A stretch of DNA of 63,848 bases, the filler included, from Klebsormidium nitens (Eukaryota; Plantae; Klebsormidiophyceae), in the NCBI GenBank assembly GCA_000708835.1. It is 4 parts of 4 records of this genome, joined end to end, with 100 filler letters (N's around TTAATTAATTAA, not from the genome) between each part and the next. Parts side by side here need not be neighbours in the genome. Positions count along the whole stretch, not along the records: positions 31,697 to 43,847 come from DF238121.1; positions 43,948 to 63,848 come from DF237926.1; 2 more parts are not named here. One strand, given 5' to 3'. The translations under genes were made by a program, and so were the position numbers. Position 1 is the first letter of the stretch, and every line of letters begins with the position of its first letter. Positions 37,094 to 47,279 of the stretch are shown piece after piece. The notes beneath the pieces were generated by a model that was given only the letters and a program-made list of their open reading frames with translations, was not told the origin of the DNA and searched no databases.

Positions 37094-39026
37094 CTACACA
37101 GCATCCACAGAGACGCCGAATATCCGCCCCACGCGAGGCTCCATGCCATCAGTGTAAATTGACGGATCCATAAGTTCAAGGCGCTGTATGGTTTTAGGGT
37201 CGAACGGGGCAACCTCACCGATGCCGCCCGGCCGCAGGTTCAGGAGGCTGTCCACCTGAACCACAATTTCAGGGAAGTCCTTGCGGGACTGGAGGGCCGT
37301 CAGGAGGTTGTGCTTGTCGTTGGGATCCTGAAACCACTGGTTCTCATAATCCGCTTTCAGGTCGAGGTAGTTTGCGGTGCGGGGAAAGCGGCGTTTGAGG
37401 TCCTCGGCCTGCGCCACCCGGTATGTGATCATGATCGTCGTGATGGGGCGGTCGCTTGCTTGCCAAAGCTCATCCCCAACCGCCCCGCAGAAGACCGTCT
37501 TGCCGGTGTTCACGCCCGACCGGATGCCGAGCAAGGGGAACTTCCCCGCAATCCACCTGCAAGTGTCGACAGAAGGATTGTTGTGTCAACCCGCCCTGGC
37601 ACGTGTTGAAGTGCCTGTCACTCTTTGGCGAAAAAAAGAAGGCTTGCGAGTGCTCAAAGTGCCGCCGAGTGTCGAATTCAGGGGAGACTTAAGGCCGACA
37701 CTCTAAACGGAGGTGGGTTATGCCTTGACCTTAATCTCGTACGGGCTGAACTTCACCGCAAGCAGCTCGGAAGGGTGAGTAAGCGCTTAAAGTACTCTTG
37801 TACGGCCTGAAATCAGTACCATGTGGCCCTGCCCTAGTCTGAAGTGGAAACGTGACATACAAACATTGGTCAGAATGCCTTGGAAGAGGACCCCGTGCCT
37901 TCAGTGCGCGTCCAAGAAGAAACAAACAGCCCCTTGATGGCCCAAAATCTGGACCTGTGACGGAAGGACATTCGTCAGATTGTGCACGACTTGCGGCAGA
38001 GGGCGGCAGAGGGCCAAGAAGCGCCCAAGCTAACTAGCACCTGCAGGTACCGCGCGCGACCTGAATTATAAAGACGTGGCAAAAGAAAAAGCTCCTCGCA
38101 GTAGGTGGGCGTCCAGATGGCCGAACCTAGCCAACACTCACAAAAAGTCCCCGCCGCTGACCTGAAAAATAGACACGTGGCAGCGAAAAAAGCACCTAGC
38201 AGTTGGTGGGCGCCCAAAAGCACCCAATCCAGCCAGCGCTCGCGAAACATTCCCACGCTGATCTCTCAATGTCGACACGTGGCAGAAGAATATCTGTAGA
38301 CCTGTCAAAAGCGGCAAAAGACTCTGATGGTACATTTTAAGCGTACATACAGTCGGTGGTCGCGAACACCCTACGCTGTCCAAAAAGTAGATTTGTGGCC
38401 GAGACAAAAGCTTGTCACGCAAAAGCTTGACACGCAAAACATTGAGGGCTCCCCGCATCACAATGGGCACGTATTTCCTCTTCCCGCAGTAACACTCACT
38501 CGTTGGCAACCGTGTTCAGCTTCATCAGATCGTCCGGCTTCCTCAGCCCCGCCGCTACTTCGGCCACGAGCTCAGGGGTCGACGCGCCAGGGACCCGCTT
38601 GAGGTGCTCCATGTCTACCTTGACCGCGCCAGTCTCATACGAGATGTTATCCTCGAACAGGTCCCCCAGGCAGTACGCCCTGCTGACACAGGGGACGTCC
38701 GAGTCCCCACCCTCGGTATTTCGGCTGAAACACAGAGCATAGATCTTGCCGTTTGGATTGAGATGGCAGATCAGTCTCTGACGGTTCTCGTGGATCCGAC
38801 CCGTGTAGCACGGCTCTGTGCGATCGCTGTAGTTGTAGCGATCAGGGCCCTCCTCGTAGGCGCTGGGGTGCAAGCGCTCCCGGAGCAGCGCCAGCATGCG
38901 CGCCTTGACGAACTGGTCATTCGTCGAGCTGCGCTCAGTGCCCCTTTCAGACATCACTCGAGGGTTTCTAAACCTTTCGTGGAGTCTTTCGGGCACTTCA
39001 AACGGCAGCTTGACCTCTTCACGGGC
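37094..39026 (-). pseudogene. Decayed, intron-containing virus-type replication gene: primase-associated Zn finger exon (39026-38500) plus origin-binding-protein-like (UL9/OBP) SF2 helicase exon (from 37556)
   Basis: CYTGRIHENRQRLICHLNPNGKIYALCFS..C resembles the C-H-C-C Zn finger following AEP/PrimPol primases. GIRSGVNTGKT..ITYRVAQAEDL..F..NYLD..IVVQVDSLLNL..PFD resembles OBP Walker A and adjacent motifs, but the expected DE (Walker B) is lost after FD. Splice sites are canonical (CTACAG| and |GTGAGT; TTGCAG|); in-frame stops lie between the exons. Confidence 0.6.
38058..38291. repeat. ~2.3 degenerate tandem copies of a 101-bp unit inside an intron of the primase/helicase remnant
   Basis: Units start at 38058, 38159 and 38260 (gacctgaa..(c)acgtggca..gtgggcg..cgct). 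Confidence 0.75.
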
Positions 39027-39560
39027 CTGTAGCACAGCACAAGGGCAGCTTGTTAGGAGCACGTTCGTGCCAGGTCATCTACATCGCCTTGTCAAAATGA
39101 GAGGAGGAAGCCAGGAAGGAGGCCAAGGTGGTTCGTTTTTGGCGACCACCTGAACTGGAAAAACTTGCGCTGCCTTTCAACCAAGGATTGTGTGAGAGCA
39201 ACAGATTGCAACAAAAGCCGAGCGTCTTCGAACGTAGCGATCCCATCAAGCTTCAACGCTGAAGAGGCGATCAGAAACGAGGAGTGCGCCACAAGCAGGG
39301 TCCTTTCTTCCGCAAAGATGAAGGCCGCATTTCAAGCAATCACTGCTCAGGCTCGCAGCAAAACCAGCAGGATGTACCAAGAAACGATGTATTACTTTCT
39401 AAAGAATCTAACGGGCCTTTCCTGGTACATCTTGCGGGCATGGCCGGGCAGCACATCAAGCGCCAAATCCGTTTCGTACCAGGAAGGATGAGTAACTCTT
39501 CAAAAATCGAAGCCGTTTTCTGGTACAGCCTTCATATGACCGACCAGGCAGGTGTGGGGG

Positions 39561-40138
39561 NNNNNNNNNNNNNNNNNNNNNNNNNNNNNNNNNNNNNNNN
39601 NNNNNNNNNNNNNNNNNNNNNNNNNNNNNNNNNNNNNNNNNNNNNNNNNNNNNNNNNNNNNNNNNNNNNNNNNNNNNNNNNNNNNNNNNNNNNNNNNNNN
39701 NNNNNNNNNNNNNNNNNNNNNNNNNNNNNNNNNNNNNNNNNNNNNNNNNNNNNNNNNNNNNNNNNNNNNNNNNNNNNNNNNNNNNNNNNNNNNNNNNNNN
39801 NNNNNNNNNNNNNNNNNNNNNNNNNNNNNNNNNNNNNNNNNNNNNNNNNNNNNNNNNNNNNNNNNNNNNNNNNNNNNNNNNNNNNNNNNNNNNNNNNNNN
39901 NNNNNNNNNNNNNNNNNNNNNNNNNNNNNNNNNNNNNNNNNNNNNNNNNNNNNNNNNNNNNNNNNNNNNNNNNNNNNNNNNNNNNNNNNNNNNNNNNNNN
40001 NNNNNNNNNNNNNNNNNNNNNNNNNNNNNNNNNNNNNNNNNNNNNNNNNNNNNNNNNNNNNNNNNNNNNNNNNNNNNNNNNNNNNNNNNNNNNNNNNNNN
40101 NNNNNNNNNNNNNNNNNNNNNNNNNNNNNNNNNNNNNN
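39561..40138. other. Assembly gap (N run) inside scaffold C
   Basis: 578 Ns. Confidence 0.99.
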
Positions 40139-40642
40139 TTTCCTTCTCTAACGAGTAACACGTCGCTTCTTGGTTATAGGTCGCTTTGTGGAGATAGACC
40201 CATGTTGCTGGATGCGCCTGACGGGCTGTGGTGCCTCAAAACGACCCATAATCCAGCAATTTTCGGAAGAGTGCGACACTGGATGGGCCGGCCAAACCTA
40301 CACCTAGAAATGCACCACCAAACGAACGCTAGCAAAGAGCAAACAGCACGGCCAAGTCTGGAATTCACTCAAAATGGCAGAATATTGGCAGATGTACACG
40401 TTCTCAATACTCTACAAATAAGACGCGATCATAGCTCGGCAGCTGACACTCATATCGGTCTGGAACGCCAAGTTCCTGAAATTTTGTTACTTGACGTACA
40501 CTTCACTGTCCGATTGATGCAGAACTTCAACAGCGAATCATCCAATAAGCGCAGCAGGCAGCCCATGAGCAGCGAGGTCAGCTGCAGCCCCGACCTAATC
40601 CTGTAAGGTTCACCACGATCCTAGCAAAGGACAGCTGCTCAC

Positions 40643-41230
40643 ACAGTGGCCGGTGGCGCTTCCTCCCGGGCCCGCCTCCTCTCCATCTCCGTCCGCATGG
40701 GCGCCAGCGCATCGTCCGGAGTCTTCGAGTCTGCCGCGTGCCGAGCTGCCGCTTCCTCCATTTGCAACTGCCGGTACAGATCCCGTGTTTCAGCGTCCGG
40801 CAGCGCCGAGTCGTCGATGCCCCGGTCATCCTCGGATGTGGGCTCTCCGTCGGACTCGGTCTCGTCTGATGTCTCTTCGATGTCGAAAGAGGCACCCTCT
40901 TGATCAGACGTCGCGGCAGCTTCCTGCAAGGAACGTCAACGGATCAATTCATGGACGCTGCTCAATTGCGGTCGGTAAAAGCTGGCAATAGGGATCTGCT
41001 TGCAGAGAATGGTGAGCCCAACCTGGTGCTTAACACGGCAATGAAGGCAAAAAAAATGCCTGGCGCCGGGTTCGGCCTGACCATGCCTCACTGCCTCTCC
41101 TCAAACGCGCACGCAGCACACGATTGCTCACCGCTTCGTCCGGGCTCCCGGTCCGTATCCTAGTACCGCTCGGCGCCAGAGAGCTTTCCCTGCTCGGGGC
41201 CGTCCTCTTCCGACGCGCGACCTCCTGCAT
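40643..41230 (-). CDS. 5' exons of a spliced gene with a basic then highly acidic N-terminus; possibly the N-terminus of the primase/helicase remnant
   Basis: ATG at 41230 (MQEVARRKRTAP..DEA|GTGAGC) joins in phase 0 to exon 40923-40643 (EAAATSDQEGASFDIEETSDETESDGE..|GTGAGC). Downstream frames are broken. Confidence 0.45.
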
Positions 41231-41313
41231 CCAAGCATCAGGACACTCCCATTTCAATGCAGGGCTCTCCAGAACTTAGGGACACACCTCGACGCTCAAA
41301 GGTCATCATAATC

Positions 41314-41853
41314 ATGGCCTGTAAAACCGAGTTCACGGGCCGCTTCGCTCTTTCTCGCCCTCTGACCGCCGAGGATAGCGCGATCTTGAAGGCTGTGCAC
41401 GACTACCGCCCTCAGGATGGCTTGAAGCTACCCTCTGCGGCTCCGGGTCAAGAGCGCCCGGTCAAGATCGTGCGGAAGGGAGTCAACCCCTACTACGGTG
41501 GGGAGGGATGGCACATCTTCAAAGAATTTCCCTCATTCGACTGCCGTTGGACCGTCTCACGCGACAGGCGCGCACTTGTCTGGGACGAGAAGGGTCCCTT
41601 CTACAACTACGTCAGCTGGCTCGAGTACCTCATCTCCCATTTCTTTGCGGTATGGGGAGTACAGCTGAGCGGGACCGTCACATTGAAGGGTAGCCGTTTG
41701 GGCGACACGGGGTCAATCACGGTGAACGGCTACCAGATCTTCGTCAAGATGACCCCAATCGTGGCAGTGCGCATCGCTGAGGGATCATACGACTACCCGA
41801 ACGAGGCATTTTTCGACTACACGAAGGAGGAGAGACTATTATACTCACCGTAG
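41314..41853 (+). CDS. Intronless phage/bacterial-type hypothetical protein (copy 1)
   Basis: MACKTEFTGRFALSRPLT..FDCRWTVS..LVWDEKGPFYNYVSWLEYLISHFFAVWGVQLSGTVTLKG..DTGSITV. This matches a family I recognise from phages and bacteria (MGYxTxFxG..CQW..WDGxEKFYxYxEWLxYLIxHF..GYxLNGxVxWxGE..DxGxIxV). Function unknown. Confidence 0.7.
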   Translation: MACKTEFTGRFALSRPLTAEDSAILKAVHDYRPQDGLKLPSAAPGQERPVKIVRKGVNPYYGGEGWHIFKEFPSFDCRWTVSRDRRALVWDEKGPFYNYVSWLEYLISHFFAVWGVQLSGTVTLKGSRLGDTGSITVNGYQIFVKMTPIVAVRIAEGSYDYPNEAFFDYTKEERLLYSP

Positions 41854-42037
41854 GCGCAACCTCAGTAGCAACGGAGCGAGGCTGGCTGGCAGAATGCGGG
41901 TCGCTGCTGGAAGGGCCCGTCTCCTGCGAGACAACGAGGGGATGAAGGGTTTAGGGACAAAGGGCGCGCGGACGATCCGATTTCGACCATGGACACAGGC
42001 TTAGGGAAACGCTTTGGCCCTCGAAGGGCATCGGATC

Positions 42038-42502
42038 ATGGGCTAGGACACCAAGTTTACCGGCCGCTTTGCCTTTTCCCGCCCCTTGACTGCCAAAGAG
42101 AGCGCGATCTTGGCAGCAGTGCACGAACACCGCCACGAGGACGACCTGGAGCTACCTTACGCGGCTGACGAGAATCGCCCAGTCAAGATCGAGCGAGAGG
42201 TGATCAAGCCCTTGTATGTGGGCGAGGGCTTCGACTACTTCACGGAAAAGTTCCCCTCTTTCTACTGCCAATGGACCCTGTCACCCAACAGGCGCGCTCT
42301 TGTCTGGGACAAAGGGGAAAAGTTCTACAATCACGTGAGCTGGCTCGAATACCTCATCTCTCACTTTTTCACCGTATGGGGAGTGCAGCTGAGCGGGACC
42401 GTCAATTGGAAGGGAGCCAATAGGGACGACAGAGGTTCGATCACGGTCGAGGGTGATAGGATTATTGTCAAAATGCCTCTAGCCCAGAAGGACTCACCGT
42501 AG
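42038..42502 (+). pseudogene. Tandem paralogue (copy 2) of the phage-type gene with a nonsense codon at position 3
   Basis: ATG GGC TAG GAC ACC AAG TTT ACC GGC (MG*DTKFTG) is in frame with ..FYCQWTLS..WDKGEKFYNHVSWLEYLISHFFTVWGVQLSGTVNWKG..DDRGSITV. Confidence 0.7.
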
Positions 42503-42638
42503 GTGTCCGCTCTGTAGCAGCGGGACGGGGATTGCTAGTAGGATGCGGGCCGCTGGAGGAGGGGCCCGTTTCCTGCACGACAGGGGGAAGGCAAGGGGCT
42601 TAGGGGCAGATGACACGTAGAGTAGGCAACTTCAAACG

Positions 42639-43005
42639 ATGGAATGGTACTTCAATTGGGGTGCGATCCAGACCCCGGAGCAGATCAAGAGGGTCTTTGC
42701 TCTCGGCGCCAAGACCGATCCAGAGACTTTGAGGGCAGCAGCGAGCTTCCAGGATGCAGCCGCAGGTGCGATCACCCGCCTATACAAGAGGGGCACATGC
42801 AACGACCCCAGGGATCTCTCCTGGCCGTGGCTGTTTCGATGGTTCATGCAAGCGGGGGGGGTTCGAGGCCTGGTCGAGCGACGATGTTATTGAATTCTTC
42901 GACGAGTTTATGAGCAGTGAAGTAGGCAGATTTGAGGAGTTCAAAGGCAAGATTTCAAAGCGCATCTGTCGCGCCGCACTTGAGGACTGTCGATGTGGGC
43001 ACTGA
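42639..43005 (+). pseudogene. Intronless orphan ORF apparently frameshifted in a G run (~42853-42860)
   Basis: MEWYFNWGAIQTPEQIKRVF..WLFRWFMQAGG continues in another frame as GGFEAWSSDDVIEFFDEFMSSEVGRFEEFKGK..*. Confidence 0.4.
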
Positions 43006-43847
43006 CCTCTCTACTGACGCTTGGCGCGGTCGGCGGGTCCTGCCACTGAGGTCGAGCAGGTTGCACTGCAGAACGGTCCATCACCTCTGCCACCCAGTTT
43101 GGGTTCGATTGCTGAATAAGAAAGGAATGCACGAGTCAACACCCAGTCCATCGACTCTTCCCATATGCCAGCTCTCAATACGCATGGGTGCAAACGAATC
43201 AACGTGCTCAATGACAGCATGATCTCACACATGTCGGACAGCGACAGCGACTGGAACTCACGCTTGCTCGCCACGCATCAAATGGCTCGATGCTGACTGG
43301 CTTTGACCTGACGCTCTCCTGAACCTCCTGCATGACATGTATTGCCCGATTATTCGTCATTCGTGAATCACCCGGTCTATATCGACGCTCTGTGGATGCC
43401 GGTGAGAAGGGGCATGGTGATTCTGGGAAGTGGCACTTGTGGCCTGGCGGTACTTCGTGCAACCCTGAGATGGAGCCTGTATGAGGCAGAAAGGAACTTT
43501 GCTGACTAAACACTCACGTCCGCGGTCGGAATGGGAATCAGGGGCCGTCCGGACGAGCTGCTCGAGGCTCGGGATCGTGTGTGGGCCACCCCGGGTTGCT
43601 CTCCACGCCCCCGATCATCAGCTGTGTCGCTGCATTGCACCAAAGGAATCCCTCAGGCAATCGTGCTCAGAATGGCATGCCAAATGTTCAAGCCAGACTC
43701 GCGCATTCAGAGTCTCATCTGTAAAGCCGGCTGAAGCATATTCCTGCCAACAAGTGCACGGGATGTGCAACCGTACCTATTAGCGCCCTGCTCTTTGGTG
43801 CTGAGGAGTAAAAGACCTTCTCCGACCCGCCCCCAAAGGCTGCAGAT

Positions 43848-43947
43848 NNNNNNNNNNNNNNNNNNNNNNNNNNNNNNNNNNNNNNNNNNNNTTAATTAAT
43901 TAANNNNNNNNNNNNNNNNNNNNNNNNNNNNNNNNNNNNNNNNNNNN
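43848..43947. other. Artificial scaffold joiner (N44-TTAATTAATTAA-N44)
   Basis: Same 100-nt structure. Confidence 0.97.
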
Positions 43948-45922
43948 GGGGGCCGAGCCTGCGGGACAGCCAGCGCAATCTGCTGGACAGCATGGCCTCG
44001 CCGCAGCGCGGCCTGGCCGCCAGCCACGACCCGTCCACCTGGCAGGTCAGTGCCACCCGCGCCGCGCCAGCATGCTGCGACCTGCTGCCTGTGCTGCCTG
44101 CGCTGCCTGCGTCTCGTGCCCCCAGCCCCAGCCCGCGCGAGGCTGAGAAGGGCGTCTGCTGTGCGGTGTGCAGATGAGCAGCCTGGCGGAGGTGCAGGAC
44201 GCGGACGGCGCCGCAGCGGGCGGCCTCGACGACGATGACGGCGGCGGCGGCGCACAGCAGCAGCAGCAGGATGACGAGCAGGACGACGGTGAGGCGCAGG
44301 CGGCCGCACGGTGCGGCTGCTGCAACGGCGCGTGTGTCTGGGCGAGGAGAGACGGGTGGGGCTTGCCACGCTTGCTGCTGCGCTCTCCTGCTGAGGCGGC
44401 CGTGCGGTGTGGTGGTGTGCAGATCCGCTGCCGGCGATCCTGAACCTCAAGATCGCGGGCGAGGCCGTGCTGGGCGGCAAGCTGACCGCGTGCGGCCACT
44501 CCGTGTACGGCAGCTCGCTCTGCTACTTCCAGGTGAGCCCGCCCAGCGCCGCAAGCGGCGCTCGGCCGCAGCCCCGCGCTGAGACTGCGCTGATGCTCAC
44601 GTGAGCGGGGCCGCGTCCTGTGCAGCGGCTGACGCATCGTGTGACGTGGCATGTGCAGTGGGTGCGGCACAAGCAGGACGGCGCGGCGTACCTCATCGAA
44701 GGTACGGCCGACGATGCATTGCTCCGAAAAAACGGATTCAGATCCGCTCGTATGTTCCGTTTCTATTGTTATACCCGACAATGGATCGTCAGCTGGTTCG
44801 AATTTTGACCTACTCTCGTGCCACCTTCTGAGGCATCAACAAGATTGTTCTGTCGTTCGTGTGTGGCGGAGGCTCTCTGCCCCCAGCAGGGAGAGTATGG
44901 CATAGGACTGTCCTGCCAATGCCTTTGAAGAGAGCACCTGGAGAGCGGCAGCGTCACATCTGGTTGACGCAGAAGAGACCCTGGCAAAAGGGGCTCAATG
45001 CCCCGCTGCGTGCGCAGGTGCGAAGCAGCCCGAATACCTGGTGAGCGCGGACGACGCGCGCTGCCAGATCACCGTCGAGTGCCTCCCCGTCGACGACCGC
45101 GGGCGCAAGGTGCGCCCCGCGCTCCCCCGCCGCTCCGCCCCCCTCCTCGCGCTGTGCTGCACGTGCGGCCCTGTGCGCCACACGGTTTGCCCGCCTCTGT
45201 TTGCCTGCGTGCGCTCTCGTGTGCGTGCCTGACGCGCCGTGCGTGCTGCTGGCGGTGTGCAGGGCGAGGTGGTCAACGCCGCGGCCAACAACGGCGAGCC
45301 CATTCCCATTGGTGAGTCCGCCCCGGCCCCTCTGCCCCGTCTGCCCGTCAGCCCCTGCTGTTCCTTCTCGCGGGTGTGCTGTGGGTGCCGCGCGCTGCGT
45401 GGGCGTGTGGGCCTGATTGCGCTGTGCGTGCGTGGCTGCAGACGAGGCGACGTCCAGTTTGCTGACGGGGTACGCGGCGAGCGGCAAGGCGCGCTTCACG
45501 GTGCTGGACGCGCACAACAACGTGGAACACGAGCTGTGCATCGAGCGGCGCAGCCTGGCCATCAAGCGCGGCAGCCACGGCGTGATCAAGGAGCCGTACA
45601 GCGGCGAGGTGCAGGCGGAGATCGCGGTGAACGAGGCCACCGTGCTGCTCATCCACATCAGCGGCGGGCGGCGCATGGACCTCGACTGCATCGACAACCG
45701 CGCCCGCGACCTCGCCGTGCTCACGCTGCGCCACTTTGTCGACGCGCACCTCCAGGTACGGCGCTGCGCCGCGCTCACTCCCGGTGCATCACCAGCACAA
45801 GTGAAAGCGGGCGGGGGATGGCGCTCCCACATGCGTGCGCGCTGAGGCTAACGCGGCGGTGTTGTGCTGTGCAGTACCAGGACGAGAAGACTCGACGGCG
45901 AGGCTTCTTCTCGCGCCGATGA
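43948..45922 (+). CDS. SCAB: SCAB (stomatal closure-related actin-binding)-family protein, 3' part (Ig-like + PH domains); 5' end missing
   Basis: Spliced exons: DPLPAILNLKIAGEAVLGGKLTACGHSVYGSSLCYFQWVRHKQDGAAYLIEGAKQPEYLVSADD..VECLPVDDRGRKGEVV..ANN, RDLAVLTLRHF and the basic end RRRGFFSRR*, matching the SCAB1 C-terminal layout. Confidence 0.85.
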
Positions 45923-47279
45923 GGGGCGCGCGCCGCCTCTGCCGTTGACAGGCAGGCTCGTGTTGCTCTTGCGGATGCCGCTGTCCTGTACCCTTGTGAA
46001 TATCCCGTAGCAGACCCACCGTGCGGGTGGTTCGAGTACTCCGTCCGACAGCCACGTCTACAGAAGTATGTAAACCAAGTTTGGCAAGTGGAGAGTCCTT
46101 GCTACTGGAGCACGCGTCTGTCCCTAACCGGGGATCTCAAAGCGAATAGTTGCAAGGACGGGCCGCTCATGCGAGCGGTGAGTCTCCCGTTACCATACAA
46201 AGTCTGAGCTTAAATTTGTATTGCGCCTGAACTGATTTCTTCCGGCCGTGCACGATGAACTAGATGTGGTGCGTGCATGCTTTGTTGCTAATGAAATCGA
46301 TGCCTTTCGCGAGCTAAAGGGAGGGTGAGGTCGGAATATATATGAAGGCGTTTTACATGCAGACGAGCTTCCTTTACACTGGCATGTCTGCCGAATGTAG
46401 GATTGTGCACAATTTACCCAGCATCCTCTAAAAGGCGAGCTTTGTTGCATCCGCATAAATTTGCGCTTCGAATCGAAAACATTGAAATTGAAGGTTCTCG
46501 AGGCTCAAGTTTGCTTATTCAACGTCCAATTTCATGCGCTTGTTGGACGGGCCTGGGCCACAGCGCAGGAGACTCGCCAGGCTGCACTAACCCCGAGGTT
46601 GGCGTCTGATCACATTGGGCATTCAAACGGAGTCCAGCCGGGCTAGCTTTAGCTCGGCCAAATGACTAGCTACTAAATGGACGGTTGCATAAGCACGCGG
46701 AGCGTACGTACATGCAATCAAGATTGGTACGTGGTTGCACCCCAGTACGTGATAAGCACGTGCATGCATGGTCAATGGAAGCACGCGCTAGAGCTTGCTA
46801 TCAAGTCAGGCCGGACATGTGAGCTAGCTCATGTTCAAGCCTGTTGCAGCGATCATGCATACAGTTCGGCCATGGGAGTATGCGCATGCTACACCGAGTG
46901 TTGTACCTTTTTGCTGTACGTAGTGCTTCAACCAGATACAATATGGACAAACACGTCATGCAATTAGTACGTGATTCAAGCCGCACTTGCCCGCAAGGTG
47001 TAAGATATAGGCTAACTCTTGCGTACAATCTGCGCATATATATGTCAAGAATATATGTACTTGACGTCATGGCAGCTGTTGAGAAGAGGTTGAACACCAT
47101 GCAAGACTCAGTCCATTCTCAGGCTGCATTTGGAGTCGCATATGCAAGCTCCACATTTCAACGATGACGCCAGCCAGCCCGATCGGATGTGGTTTGACAC
47201 TTGCCAGGACGAAGGGATTTTGCTGGACATAGTGGGGGTCAAATGTCTAGCAATTGAGAGGTTTTGACTCGGACCATCG

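Noticed and set aside
37192-37199. Single TTTTAGGG at the point where OBP similarity stops
   Set aside because: One 8-mer is expected by chance in a window this size; no array.
36220-38291. CRISPR-like interpretation of the repeat clusters
   Set aside because: Repeats are degenerate, lack constant-length unique spacers and have no cas genes; eukaryotic context.
42044-42046. TAG read as a sense codon (alternative genetic code)
   Set aside because: TAG terminates PDH E1-alpha, bS16 and the nuclease-kinase at expected positions, so the standard code applies.
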